From assembly GCA_037131105.1 (NCBI GenBank), contig JBAXRQ010000001.1, positions 560,589 to 624,588 of the forward strand: 64,000 bases of DNA. The letters run 5' to 3'. Numbering within the stretch: the stretch's first letter is position 1; the number at the start of each line of letters is the position of its first letter. The notes beneath the pieces are model-generated. The model worked only from the letters and a program-made list of their open reading frames with translations, ran no database searches and was not told the origin of the DNA. The translations under genes and the position numbers were made by a program. The stretch is from a bacterium. GTDB lineage: Bacteria > Patescibacteriota > UBA1384 > CAILIB01. This document shows positions 25,877 through 34,893 of the stretch, piece after piece.

Positions 25877-27079
25877 CTATAGACCGAAGGCAGCTCTTAG
25901 CAGTGAGGTCTTGCCACATCGTATGGCATTAGCAAGATGCGAGGTCACTAAGGAAAGCACCGCTACATTATGCAAGGTCAGGATCCGATAGCCCAGCATC
26001 TCGTGCTCCTTTATATAATGGTGCAGACTGGCCCGGGTGAATCCAACCAGATCCTTTGGCAGGGGTCCGAAGCCTACCAACGGGTTGGGATCAGCTGCAA
26101 ACCGGGCATTGTTCAGGTTCCAGCGCTCAAAGGCCAGATTGCCCTGTAGCAATGTGTCGGTATCCCCTTCCCAGAAGGCCCTTACCGTACCCTCGTCCCC
26201 TACCGGTATCCAGACCGCCCCGTGCCGGGCCAGGCGGCTGGGAGAGACGCAGTCATACATGTCTACACCTCTGAGAGTAGCCTCTACCAGATCGGTAGGC
26301 TCGCCCAGCCCCATGAAGTAGCGCGGCTTCTCGAGTGGCAACAGGGAGTTAATAGACTCGACAGCCTGCCACATCTCAGCCTTGCCTTCGCCCACGGAAA
26401 GGCCGCCGATGGCATTTCCAGGGAGATCAAGAGCAGCAACCGCCTCTGCCGACGTACGGTGCAGATCGGTATGGATGCCGCCCTGCACAATGCCAAAGAG
26501 AGCCTGCTTTCCAGGTTCGGACTTCTTCCACTCTTCAGCGCTTCGCTCAAGCCAGCGCATGCTCCGCTCCATCGCCTCCTTGGCCGCTAACGGGTCAGAG
26601 AGGCCATAGACCGGCTGGTCGAAGGCCATTATGATGTCGGCACCCAGGTTACGCTGGATGTCTATGCTCTTTTCAGGGGTAAACAGGTGCTTGGAGCCGT
26701 CCAGGTGTGAATGGAAGGTAATCCCCTCCTCTGCCACGCTTCTTAGAGCGGTCTTCTCGGTACCGGCCATCCCCCGCTCCCCGAGGGAAAACACCTGAAA
26801 ACCTCCACTATCGGTAAGAATAGGACCGTCCCACTGCATAAACTGATGCAGTCCGCCCACTTCCTTCACCAACCCATCGCCAGGCCTGAGGTACATATGG
26901 TAGGTATTGGCCAGGATAACCTGGGATCCAACCTGTGAAAGCTCGGCAGGAGATACGGACTTTACCGCCCCGTGCGTGCCCACTGGCATGAACACAGGAG
27001 TGTTGACCACCCCGTGCGGAGTAGTCAACTGACCTGTACGGGCCTCCCCATCGGTAGCGGTGACAGTGAATTCAAACAT
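25877..27079 (-). CDS. tgt: Queuine tRNA-ribosyltransferase (tRNA-guanine transglycosylase)
   Basis: Tgt signature (FMPVGTHGAVK, ILANTYHMYLRPG) and zinc site C..C..C..H near the C-terminus. Confidence 0.9.
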   Translation of the reverse strand: MFEFTVTATDGEARTGQLTTPHGVVNTPVFMPVGTHGAVKSVSPAELSQVGSQVILANTYHMYLRPGDGLVKEVGGLHQFMQWDGPILTDSGGFQVFSLGERGMAGTEKTALRSVAEEGITFHSHLDGSKHLFTPEKSIDIQRNLGADIIMAFDQPVYGLSDPLAAKEAMERSMRWLERSAEEWKKSEPGKQALFGIVQGGIHTDLHRTSAEAVAALDLPGNAIGGLSVGEGKAEMWQAVESINSLLPLEKPRYFMGLGEPTDLVEATLRGVDMYDCVSPSRLARHGAVWIPVGDEGTVRAFWEGDTDTLLQGNLAFERWNLNNARFAADPNPLVGFGPLPKDLVGFTRASLHHYIKEHEMLGYRILTLHNVAVLSLVTSHLANAIRCGKTSLLRAAFGL

Positions 27080-27095
27080 AGGTACAGAGTAGCAC

Positions 27096-27120
27096 CAAAA
27101 AGGCCCCTTGCGGGGCCTTT
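27096..27120 (-). terminator. Intrinsic terminator after rplL (ggcccc-ttgc-ggggcc hairpin flanked by A/T runs; bidirectional)
   Basis: Hairpin plus U-run on the minus strand, 15 nt after the rplL stop. Confidence 0.65.
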
Positions 27121-27136
27121 GAGGGCTTCGATTGAG

Positions 27137-27523
27137 TTACTTCAATTCTACGGTAGCGCCAGCTCCCTCGAGCTTGGCCTTGGCGGCGTCAGCCTCGTCC
27201 TTCTTGACGTTGGCCAGAACCTCCTTAGGAGCACCGTCAACCAGGTCCTTGGCTTCCTTCAGGCCCAGGTCGGCGCGAACTTCGCGTACAGCCTTGATCA
27301 CGTTGATCTTCTGGTCACCAGCGGCAGCCAGGACAACGGTGAAGGAGGTCTTCTCCTCAGCGGCCTCAGCAGGAGCAGCAGCGCCGGCAGGAGCCATCAT
27401 CATAGGAGCGGCAGCGGAAACACCGAACTTCTCTTCAAGTTCCTTTACGAGCTCGGAAAGCTCAAGGACGGTCAGCTTCTCAATCTTCTCAATCAGGTCG
27501 GCAAAGTTTGACTTGTCAGCCAT
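27137..27523 (-). CDS. rplL: 50S ribosomal protein L7/L12
   Basis: Canonical L7/L12 sequence ([35 protein letters not shown]...). Confidence 0.92.
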   Translation of the reverse strand: MADKSNFADLIEKIEKLTVLELSELVKELEEKFGVSAAAPMMMAPAGAAAPAEAAEEKTSFTVVLAAAGDQKINVIKAVREVRADLGLKEAKDLVDGAPKEVLANVKKDEADAAKAKLEGAGATVELK

Positions 27524-27560
27524 GGTATATAGTTAGCGGCTTTATGTAAGTGGAAACGAA

Positions 27561-28082
27561 TTAGGCGCGAGAATCCCTGATCTGTCCCATGACAGTAACA
27601 AGGCCGCGGATGTTACCCTGCAGAACGTTGACCATACCGGAAATAGGTGCGGCCAAAGTACCAACCAGCTGACCGAGGAGCTGCTCGCGGCTCGGAAGCT
27701 TCGACAACGCAATAACCTGGGCTTGGGACAGATATACTCCGTCCATAATACCGCCCACTACCTCAAGGTTCTCGACTTCCTTCAGGAAGGGAGCGACCAG
27801 CTTGGCGCCGGCTACGGCGTCGTCATAGGAGAACACCAGACCGAGGGGCTGTCCGAGGGCCTCTTCAGGAACCTCGATACCGGCATCGGCTAGGGCCTTC
27901 TTCAGAATGTTATTCTGAGCGATCTGAAGCTGCAGCCCGTCGCTAAAGAGCGAGTCGCGGATGCTTTCCAGATCCCCTACCTTCACACTCTGGACATTGA
28001 CCAGAACGACGGACTGAGAGCGGCTGAGCCGATCTGTGGTCCGAGCCAGAATCGCCTCTTTTTGGACGCGTGTCTTTGGCAT
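27561..28082 (-). CDS. rplJ: 50S ribosomal protein L10
   Basis: L10 family sequence, upstream of rplL. Confidence 0.9.
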   Translation of the reverse strand: MPKTRVQKEAILARTTDRLSRSQSVVLVNVQSVKVGDLESIRDSLFSDGLQLQIAQNNILKKALADAGIEVPEEALGQPLGLVFSYDDAVAGAKLVAPFLKEVENLEVVGGIMDGVYLSQAQVIALSKLPSREQLLGQLVGTLAAPISGMVNVLQGNIRGLVTVMGQIRDSRA

Positions 28083-28230
28083 AGGCGCTTGGGGTTATAC
28101 TTGTAAAATGTGATGGTAATAAAAAACTGGACCATCAGGTAGGTCCAGAGAACGTATATGCAAACCACAAAAAGCGGCTGACATACCTCGGCGGGACTTA
28201 TGGGTGCCTGCTGTCTCTGGTACGTCCTTA

Positions 28231-28259
28231 GTTATACCTGATACCTTAGCTCCTGTCAA
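28231..28259 (-). promoter_or_regulatory. Sigma70 promoter TTGACA-17-TATAAC for rplJ-rplL, followed by a ~150-nt leader (candidate L10 leader)
   Basis: Consensus hexamers with 17 nt spacing on the minus strand, 150 nt upstream of the rplJ ATG. Confidence 0.6.
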
Positions 28260-28324
28260 CAAACCTGACATGCGAAAGGGGGCCGGTTTCCCAGCCCCCT
28301 ACGGAGGTGCCCCTCAAGCACGCT

Positions 28325-29458
28325 CTAACCACTCTTCTTCCGATACGTAGCTAGACGTACCAGCCAGTAACCCACAAACAACACCAAAGCCGCTGCCAAC
28401 AGTGCCAGCAGAACCGGCCAGCTCAGGCCGACAAGCACTGCCAGGGCGGCCCACCATCTCCTTCGGTTCGGAGTCGCACTCCCCTCAACTGCAACTGCCG
28501 TCATCCCAATGAACAGAATAACCGACAGGCCAAGGAGGTAGTTTGACAAAATGTTCAGCCAAACCCGGATCACCACGTTCGGTACGTTGGTCAGGGTCAC
28601 CGATGGCTGGCCCGTATAACCGACATCGCTCCATTCGCGGGACCTTCCCTGTGAGACCATGCCGATCTTCTTCCAAACCAGATCGTTGGTCTGCTGCCAG
28701 GTCCAGTACGAGACCGCGTTATACCCGCGCGTGCGCTTGCCGAACTCCAGCACTTCGCTGGCCTCAGACAAACCATACGTCTGACCAAGGGGCACTATCG
28801 GCTTCTTGATGCCGTTCTCATGCTCCCAGGCCTTCCACTCTCGGTAGGTCCAGTTGACGGTCTCTTTGACGGACCTCCCCATCGTCCTCCAATACATCTG
28901 GGGCTCAATGAAGTCAGTACCGCCTACCAGGACCTGGTAGGGAAGCGCTCGATGCTTGGAAGGAATGGCATAGGGTGCGAATCCGAGCAGCTTCTGGGGA
29001 CACTTAGTCGTCCTGTAGTCAGAAACTTCACTGACAAGCTGCTCAGTCTCCCCCCACTTTGGTTTGGACTCCATCGGCGTCTCCGTGTTGTACACGTAGC
29101 CATCGACATAGTCGCGGGACAGCCAGTCGCAGATCAGGTGGGCCTCCTCATGCGGATGGTTTGCATGGTTGAAGCCCCAGACGAAAACCTTTATCCCTGC
29201 GGACTGCATGGCCCTGGCAATCTCGGGCACCCGGTCAGCCTCCACGTAAAGCTGGATGCCGTCGTGCACCTTCAGGTAGACATGACCGATGCCGGCCGCC
29301 TTGGCCTGGTTGACCATCTCTGCGGGCGTACCGCACTTGCTGGGCTGCCCGATCCAGATACCGACCCCGATCTGCCTGAGCTGGTCGGATACCGGCGCTG
29401 CCTGGACCATCGAAGTCCAAGCACATACAAACAGTGCTACTATCAAAGAACGTTTCAC
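28325..29458 (-). CDS. Secreted/membrane-anchored putative glycoside hydrolase (TIM-barrel, GH25-lysozyme-like pattern) with a C-terminal transmembrane anchor; start moved to the GTG giving signal peptide MKRSLIVALFVCAWTSMVQAAP
   Basis: SD GAGGGAGCAAGA-GTG and its own consensus promoter; GH25-like spacing of GI..G / AKAAGI..YLKVHDG / AGIKVFVWGFNH blocks; C-terminal hydrophobic stretch plus RKKSG. Confidence 0.5.
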   Translation of the reverse strand: MKRSLIVALFVCAWTSMVQAAPVSDQLRQIGVGIWIGQPSKCGTPAEMVNQAKAAGIGHVYLKVHDGIQLYVEADRVPEIARAMQSAGIKVFVWGFNHANHPHEEAHLICDWLSRDYVDGYVYNTETPMESKPKWGETEQLVSEVSDYRTTKCPQKLLGFAPYAIPSKHRALPYQVLVGGTDFIEPQMYWRTMGRSVKETVNWTYREWKAWEHENGIKKPIVPLGQTYGLSEASEVLEFGKRTRGYNAVSYWTWQQTNDLVWKKIGMVSQGRSREWSDVGYTGQPSVTLTNVPNVVIRVWLNILSNYLLGLSVILFIGMTAVAVEGSATPNRRRWWAALAVLVGLSWPVLLALLAAALVLFVGYWLVRLATYRKKSG

Positions 29459-29489
29459 TCTTGCTCCCTCTAAAATGAAGTGACGCCTT

Positions 29490-29518
29490 ACTATAGGCAG
29501 TTTATCGTCTTCTGTCAA
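29490..29518 (-). promoter_or_regulatory. Sigma70 promoter TTGACA-17-TATAGT for the glycoside-hydrolase-like gene
   Basis: Consensus -35 and near-consensus -10 with 17 nt spacing, immediately downstream of the rplA terminator. Confidence 0.65.
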
Positions 29519-29520
29519 TA

Positions 29521-29550
29521 AAAAAGAGCCCCTTAAGGGGCTCTTTTTTA
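29521..29550 (-). terminator. Intrinsic terminator after rplA (agagcccc-ttaa-ggggctct, flanked by A6/T6; bidirectional)
   Basis: Perfect 8-bp GC-rich stem plus a U-run on the minus strand, 15 nt after the rplA stop. Confidence 0.7.
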
Positions 29551-29564
29551 TTGCTTCGGCTACG

Positions 29565-30494
29565 TTACTTAACCGCGATCTCCACCTTCACACCGGGACC
29601 CATGGTAGGGGCAAGGCTGATGGACTCGATTTTGTTTGAGGCAAGAAGCTGTTCCAAGATACGGAAGTTCTCTACCAGCTGTTCGCTCTTGAAGGAAACA
29701 CGGCCGATAGCCAGGTGCACTACGCCGCTCTTGTCAGCCCGGTATTCGATACGGCCGCCACCGATCTCAGTGCGTGCTTTCTCGATATCCTCGGTGACGG
29801 TACCAGCCTTAGGAGACGGCATCAGACCCTTAGGACCCAGCACCTTGGCGTACTTGGCAAGCTTTGGCATCTGGGCAGGAGTAGCCAGCAGGATGTCGAA
29901 GTCAAGCTTACCAGCGGCGATAGCCTCTAAGGTCTCGTCGTCAGCAACGGCTACTTTCTTAGTTTTACCAGTGCCGTGGGGCAGGGTAACCATGCCGCGC
30001 AGACCTTCAGTCTTCACCTTGGCGTGCAGCTCAACAGTGGCGTCAAAGCTGACGTAGGACAGCTGCTTGACCAGCTCAACGGCTTCCTCGATAGGGTAGG
30101 CCTTACTGCGGTCTACCAGAGCGATCTTGGCCCGGTACTTCTTGCCACGCAGACGGAGGGGGTCCAATACTTTGGTAGGGGCCGGTGCAGGAGCGGCTCC
30201 CTTGGCCTCACGGGCGGCGGCAGCCTTCTTGGACTTCTCAGAGGTGCTCTCACGGCCCTTCTTGGCCTCTACGGCCTCCTCGTCAACGATCGCAGCCTCC
30301 TTCTCAAGCTGTGAATAGTCGATCTCGGTCGCCGCATCTGCCTCACGAGCAGTGTCATTGTCGGTGTTCATGGCGGACTCCTCAGCGGGGGTGACTTCGG
30401 CGCTGCCGGTCACCTGCTCGAGCTCTTCCAGTACCATGTCGTTCTCGTCCTGGTTCTGATCCATAGGATCATGCTTGATGGCGTCATCAGCCAT
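29565..30494 (-). CDS. rplA: 50S ribosomal protein L1 with a ~85-aa acidic low-complexity N-terminal extension
   Basis: Residues ~95-309 are a canonical L1 core; N-terminal D/E/A-rich region with no alternative start nearer the core. Confidence 0.85.
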   Translation of the reverse strand: MADDAIKHDPMDQNQDENDMVLEELEQVTGSAEVTPAEESAMNTDNDTAREADAATEIDYSQLEKEAAIVDEEAVEAKKGRESTSEKSKKAAAAREAKGAAPAPAPTKVLDPLRLRGKKYRAKIALVDRSKAYPIEEAVELVKQLSYVSFDATVELHAKVKTEGLRGMVTLPHGTGKTKKVAVADDETLEAIAAGKLDFDILLATPAQMPKLAKYAKVLGPKGLMPSPKAGTVTEDIEKARTEIGGGRIEYRADKSGVVHLAIGRVSFKSEQLVENFRILEQLLASNKIESISLAPTMGPGVKVEIAVK

Positions 30495-30542
30495 ATGTGC
30501 CTTTCTGATGGTGCTAGCGCCGATTTTCGGCTCCCATCTTAC

Positions 30543-30625
30543 ATGTTTTGACTTCGCTTTTACTCACTGTCCTCGTTCTCCCTTGTTACCGACTGCGGAG
30601 GCGAGAAAAAGCGAAGTCAAAACAT
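30543..30625 (-). promoter_or_regulatory. Perfect 19-bp inverted repeat (ATGTTTTGACTTCGCTTTT ... AAAAGCGAAGTCAAAACAT) with a 45-nt spacer in the pth-rplA intergenic leader
   Basis: Exact reverse-complement arms at 30543-30561 and 30607-30625; no U-run follows on the minus strand, so it is not a classical terminator. Confidence 0.45.
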
Positions 30626-30645
30626 TTCTACTAATTAATTGGATC

Positions 30646-31224
30646 TTACGGATGGATGGTCTCCTCCGCAAGAGTGCCTTGCTCGAGCCACTCTACCAGT
30701 TTTGGGACTACTCTGTCAATCGCCTGCTCCACCATCTTGCGCTCATGGGCAGGGAGCGGCTGCAGTACGTACTCGTCGAGCGGCGGCTGGTGCACGCGGT
30801 GCTCAGGATGTTGCTCGTACAGTCCTACTCCAATCTTGACCCGCCAGAACTCATCGGAGCCGGAATGATCCAGGAGCGACTTCAGTCCGTTGTGTCCCCC
30901 ATCCCCGCCTGACTTGCGCACCCGTACCGACCCTGGAGCGATGTATACATCATCAGCAATGACGCAGATGTCCTCAGGAGCCACCCCGAAATACTCTACG
31001 ACTTCGCGTACCGGCCGGCCAGAGGTGTTCATGAACTGAGTTGGCTTAAAAAGCAAAGACTTGGTAGTTCCGCTGCCAATTTCCCAGAGCTCGCCGTCCT
31101 TAAACTGCTTAGCCTTCCCCGCCCCTAGCTTTTTAGCTACAGCATCAAGACAGACGAAACCTATAGTATGACGATCGCGCACGTGCTGTTCCCCGGGATT
31201 TCCCAAACCGATGAGTAGACGCAT
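30646..31224 (-). CDS. pth: Peptidyl-tRNA hydrolase
   Basis: MRLLIGLGNPG...H motif typical of Pth. Confidence 0.9.
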   Translation of the reverse strand: MRLLIGLGNPGEQHVRDRHTIGFVCLDAVAKKLGAGKAKQFKDGELWEIGSGTTKSLLFKPTQFMNTSGRPVREVVEYFGVAPEDICVIADDVYIAPGSVRVRKSGGDGGHNGLKSLLDHSGSDEFWRVKIGVGLYEQHPEHRVHQPPLDEYVLQPLPAHERKMVEQAIDRVVPKLVEWLEQGTLAEETIHP

Positions 31225-31274
31225 AGGTCTCTGATTACGGATAGGTGAAGGATAATGGCCTCTTCCCTCTAAAA

Positions 31275-31592
31275 CTACAAACCCAGACCGGCAGGTAAAT
31301 TAAGATCACCAGCAACTTTCTTCATCTGTTCAGCCGCAACCGCCTGGGCTTTGGAAATAGCCTGGCCGGTCACGTTCATGATCGACTTCTCGAGCTCGCG
31401 GCCCTTGCCTGGCTCCAGCCAGGAGTCGTCGATCTGGATGTCTACCATGCGCTGTTCGCCGTTGAACACCACGGTAATGGTGCCGTCAGCTGACGACGCC
31501 TCGATCTCGGTCTCCTTCAGCTCCTTCTGGATGGCCCGGGCCTTCTTTACCAGCTCATAGGTCTCTTTGCCCTTGGAAAATGGATTACTCAT
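31275..31592 (-). CDS. ybaB: Nucleoid-associated protein YbaB/EbfC
   Basis: 105 aa, YbaB family pattern. Confidence 0.85.
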   Translation of the reverse strand: MSNPFSKGKETYELVKKARAIQKELKETEIEASSADGTITVVFNGEQRMVDIQIDDSWLEPGKGRELEKSIMNVTGQAISKAQAVAAEQMKKVAGDLNLPAGLGL

Positions 31593-31606
31593 GGTGGAAC
31601 GCGAAA

Positions 31607-32731
31607 TTAGGCGGATATATTCGAATCTGACTTTAGGTAGGCCTCGATGAAGCCACTCAGCTCGCCGTCCAGTACTCCCTGCACGTCGCTGGTCTCATAC
31701 TCGGTACGGTGGTCCTTGACCAACTGGTAGGGCTGCATGACGTAGGAACGGATCTGGTTACCCCAGCTGCCTTCCTTGAACTCACCCTTGAGGATAGCAG
31801 TTTCCTCGGCGTCCTGCAGTAAGCGAAGTCGCTCTAGCTTGGAGAGCAGGATCTTCATAGCGGTAGCCTTGTTCTGGTGCTGGCTGCGCTCATTCTGGAC
31901 ACTTACCACCAGGCCGCTGGGAAGGTGGGTCAGGCGTACGGCCGAGTCGGTGGTATTTACCCCCTGTCCTCCTTTGCCGCTCGAGCGAAAGACATCGATG
32001 CGCAGGTCCTTCTCGTCAATGTTTGCAGCCGCGGAGGCGTCCATCTCGGGAATGACCTCGACTAGGGCAAAGCTGGTCTGACGCAAACCCTTAGCATTAA
32101 AAGGCGACATACGCACCAGACGGTGTACTCCGGCCTCGGACTTCAGTAGGCCGAAGGCATTGCTGCCCTGGATCTCAAGTACCGCCCGCTTGAGGCCCGC
32201 CTCCTCTCCCCTAGTCCGCTCGACGATGTCTACCTTCCAATTGTGCCGATCAACTGAGAGTGTACGCTCCTCTGGCTGCTCGGTGCTCCCCTGCTCCACA
32301 TACCGCAAGAACATGCGCTCCAACATCTCGGCGAAATCCTGGGCATCTACGCCTCCGGTGCCGGCGTGAATGGTCAGGATGGCCCCTCTAGCGTCATGAA
32401 CACCTGAAAGCAAGGCCTTCTGCTCAAGCACTGTAAGCTCTTTATCTAGACTAATGAGATCATCCTCAGATAATTCAACCATGCCAAGAAATCCTTCCAG
32501 ATCGTCCCACTGGGAAAGAGTTGCCTGCAGCTCATTAAGCTCGGACATGGTCTTCACTGCCTTCTCCTGGTCCTCCCAGAGGTCGCTGGCCTGGCTAGCC
32601 GCCTCGAGTTCAGGTAAGCGTATTCGCTTTGCCTCAATGCCAAGCTTAGGCCCCAGGGCCTGCAGGCGTTCACCCAGGTTGTCTAGTTCTGTGGCCATTG
32701 ATGAGATTAGTGTCTCCAGAGATACTACCAA
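31607..32731 (-). CDS. prfB: Peptide chain release factor 2 (SPF and GGQ motifs), encoded without the programmed +1 frameshift
   Basis: SPF tripeptide (RMSPFNAKG) and GGQ (SGKGGQGVNTTDSAVR); single uninterrupted ORF. Confidence 0.85.
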   Translation of the reverse strand: MVVSLETLISSMATELDNLGERLQALGPKLGIEAKRIRLPELEAASQASDLWEDQEKAVKTMSELNELQATLSQWDDLEGFLGMVELSEDDLISLDKELTVLEQKALLSGVHDARGAILTIHAGTGGVDAQDFAEMLERMFLRYVEQGSTEQPEERTLSVDRHNWKVDIVERTRGEEAGLKRAVLEIQGSNAFGLLKSEAGVHRLVRMSPFNAKGLRQTSFALVEVIPEMDASAAANIDEKDLRIDVFRSSGKGGQGVNTTDSAVRLTHLPSGLVVSVQNERSQHQNKATAMKILLSKLERLRLLQDAEETAILKGEFKEGSWGNQIRSYVMQPYQLVKDHRTEYETSDVQGVLDGELSGFIEAYLKSDSNISA

Positions 32732-32786
32732 AAAAAGAACCCCGCGGCCATAAGGCTCACGGGGTTTCTTTTGTGCTATCTGGGAG

Positions 32787-34673
32787 TTACCGGATGTCCA
32801 GGTTCTCCAGGCTCTTCTTCAGGGCCTTCTTCAGCTTCAGGTAGCGAGCAAGTCCTGCACCTAGTCCAGAAGTGGTTCCTGCTAGTAGCAGGCCAGCTTC
32901 AGGGCCGGTCTTAGGCAACTGAGGCGGAACCGTGACAACTACGGGAGACGGACTTGGGGTCGGGCTATGCGTAGGAGTCGGGGTAGCGGTAGGAACTGGG
33001 GTCGGAGTAGGAGTCGGACTTGGGGTAGGCGTAGGTGTTGGCGTAGGCTTCGGGGTAGCTGTTGGCGTGGGGGTAGGGGTAGCCGTAGGCTTGGGAGTAG
33101 GAGTCGGGGTGGGCTTTGGCGTAGGTGTAGGCGTGGCCGTAGGGGTAGGCTTCGGAGTCGGGGTTGGGGTCGGCTTCGGGGTAGGAGTCGGAGTAGCCGT
33201 AGGTGTTGGGGCAGGCGTAGGAGTAGGAATGACACAGGCAGGCAGGATAGCCGTAGCAGTGTCGCTCTTCTCTCCGGTTCCGTTGGCCTTGATGAAGGCG
33301 GTGTTCACCGCAGTGGTCTGAGCCACGAGACAACGAACCTGAACCTTCAGGGTAATCGTCTTACCATGACCGGGGTCAAAGGTGGTCAGGATAATACCTC
33401 CCTTGAAGAAGGCGTCCTGTACCGGCTGAGACTGAACCGCGTTGTCGATGGTCAGACTGTTAGGCACATAGGTGGCACCGGTAGGCAGCACGTCACGCAG
33501 GGTAGGATTCACAGCGGTAGTGTTGCCAGTGTTACCGACCAAGATACGGTAGGTCAGGGTCTGGTTAGGGTTAATCAGTCCGATAGAGTCTACGTAGGCA
33601 CCGGTAGCGGGGTTCTGAACGTCCTTTACGACGGTCAGACCGCGGGTGCAGGAAATCAAGGTGGTAGCATCGTCAGAGGCCTTTACAGCGCCCTGGTATA
33701 CGATCTGAGCCTTGTCGACAACGGTTACGTCGGCACCACAGTTCGAAGGCGCAATGGCCTCAAACTGGATACGCTGGTATCCGCCGGTATGAGGCTCCAG
33801 GCTGGAGAACACATAGCCGCCGTTCACGATGGCATTACCCGAGATAGGGGTACCGTTCGTGTTGTTCTGGTTGGTCAAGAGAGCGTTGCCAGCATAGGTG
33901 AACCCAGCAGGCAGCACGTTCTTCAACGAGACATTGTTGGCAGTAGTATTACCGGTGTTCAGGATGGTCATACGATAGGCCACCTTGTCACCAGGAGCGA
34001 TGATAGCAGTAGCGGCATCGTACCAGATATCATAGCCGAGACTCATGTCACGGACCTCATTCTTCACGCTGAATGAGGTTACCGGAGTACCGTACCGGGT
34101 AACGGTATAGGATACCGGATTGGTGACAGCGCTTACCCCGTCAAACGAAGAGGTAGCGGTATTGGTATAGGTAGTCTGGCCAACCGAGAACTGGTCGTCA
34201 GAAGCAAGGCGAGCCTTGAACTGAAGATACAGGGCAGCGTTTGGCTGAGGAGCCATGTCAACGAAGGCCCAGCCAAGGTCATGACCGTTGTTCTTAATGC
34301 TCATGTAGCTATCCGAAAGCGGATAGTCATGGTCCTTGTTATCGCTGCCCTTTACCCGTACGAACGAGCTGTTAGGGGTATAGGTCAGACGAGAGTCAAG
34401 GTGCTCTACGATCTTCGGGTGGGCGCCGTTAGCGTCACCGGTGTTCTCAAGGAGTACGCGGAACGCCAGCGAGTCACCAGGAGTAGCCTGGGCACTGGAA
34501 GCATACTCGGACTGCCCGCCGGACAGCTGTACGGCAAGCCTGGTGTTGATCTGGGGACCAGAGGTCGCAATGACCGACTGCATACCCATGAAGCCAAGGG
34601 CCAGGGCGGAAGCAGCCACCACAAAGCGGGTGCCGAATCGTCCCATGGATGTAAGGAGTGAACTTTGTGTCAT
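32787..34673 (-). CDS. Cell-wall-anchored surface protein: signal peptide, DUF11-type repeat domains, Pro/Thr-rich stalk, LPKTG sortase motif plus hydrophobic segment plus basic tail
   Basis: C-terminal [31 protein letters not shown] is a canonical LPXTG sorting signal; ~100-aa (PTPT/PKPT)n linker. Confidence 0.7.
   Translation of the reverse strand: MTQSSLLTSMGRFGTRFVVAASALALGFMGMQSVIATSGPQINTRLAVQLSGGQSEYASSAQATPGDSLAFRVLLENTGDANGAHPKIVEHLDSRLTYTPNSSFVRVKGSDNKDHDYPLSDSYMSIKNNGHDLGWAFVDMAPQPNAALYLQFKARLASDDQFSVGQTTYTNTATSSFDGVSAVTNPVSYTVTRYGTPVTSFSVKNEVRDMSLGYDIWYDAATAIIAPGDKVAYRMTILNTGNTTANNVSLKNVLPAGFTYAGNALLTNQNNTNGTPISGNAIVNGGYVFSSLEPHTGGYQRIQFEAIAPSNCGADVTVVDKAQIVYQGAVKASDDATTLISCTRGLTVVKDVQNPATGAYVDSIGLINPNQTLTYRILVGNTGNTTAVNPTLRDVLPTGATYVPNSLTIDNAVQSQPVQDAFFKGGIILTTFDPGHGKTITLKVQVRCLVAQTTAVNTAFIKANGTGEKSDTATAILPACVIPTPTPAPTPTATPTPTPKPTPTPTPKPTPTATPTPTPKPTPTPTPKPTATPTPTPTATPKPTPTPTPTPSPTPTPTPVPTATPTPTHSPTPSPSPVVVTVPPQLPKTGPEAGLLLAGTTSGLGAGLARYLKLKKALKKSLENLDIR
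32932..33235 (-). repeat. Degenerate tandem DNA repeats (GGNGTNGGN-type units) encoding the Pro/Thr-rich stalk of the LPXTG protein
   Basis: Visible periodic gtaggngtnggngt units on the plus strand; explains the Gly/Val shadow ORFs on the opposite strand. Confidence 0.6.
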
Positions 34674-34769
34674 AGAGACTCTGGTTAGATAGTGGTGAGT
34701 ATAGGTCCGCCAGGGATATTTCGGTGTAAGTTGGCTTACATAACCGATAATCCGCAGCAGTAATAGTGT

Positions 34770-34798
34770 GTTTTACCATACTAGAGACTTTTTGTCAA
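34770..34798 (-). promoter_or_regulatory. Putative promoter TTGACA-17-TAAAAC for the LPXTG surface protein gene
   Basis: Consensus -35, weak -10, about 95 nt upstream of the ATG. Confidence 0.35.
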
Positions 34799-34822
34799 TA
34801 GGTAAATAGGCTCTGGGATACG

Positions 34823-34856
34823 AAAAACGACCCCGAGCATTGCTGCTGCGGGGTCG
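34823..34856 (-). terminator. Intrinsic terminator after the 34894-35970 gene (cgaccccg ... cggggtcg 8-9 bp stem, 13-nt loop, U5)
   Basis: Hairpin plus T-run on the minus strand, 40 nt after the stop. Confidence 0.65.
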
Positions 34857-34893
34857 TTTCGTTAGACAGTCGGCGCGGTGGTGGTCGCGCTGA

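Noticed and set aside
31607-32731. Possible programmed +1 frameshift in prfB
   Set aside because: RF2 is encoded as a single uninterrupted ORF with an N-terminal region. There is no CUU UGA-type shift site or split ORF.
32932-33321. CRISPR-like periodicity plus plus-strand ORFs (129 aa and 369 aa of Gly/Val/Arg repeats)
   Set aside because: The periodicity is a degenerate coding repeat for the Pro/Thr stalk of the minus-strand LPXTG protein. The plus-strand ORFs are shadow frames, with no unique spacers and no cas genes.
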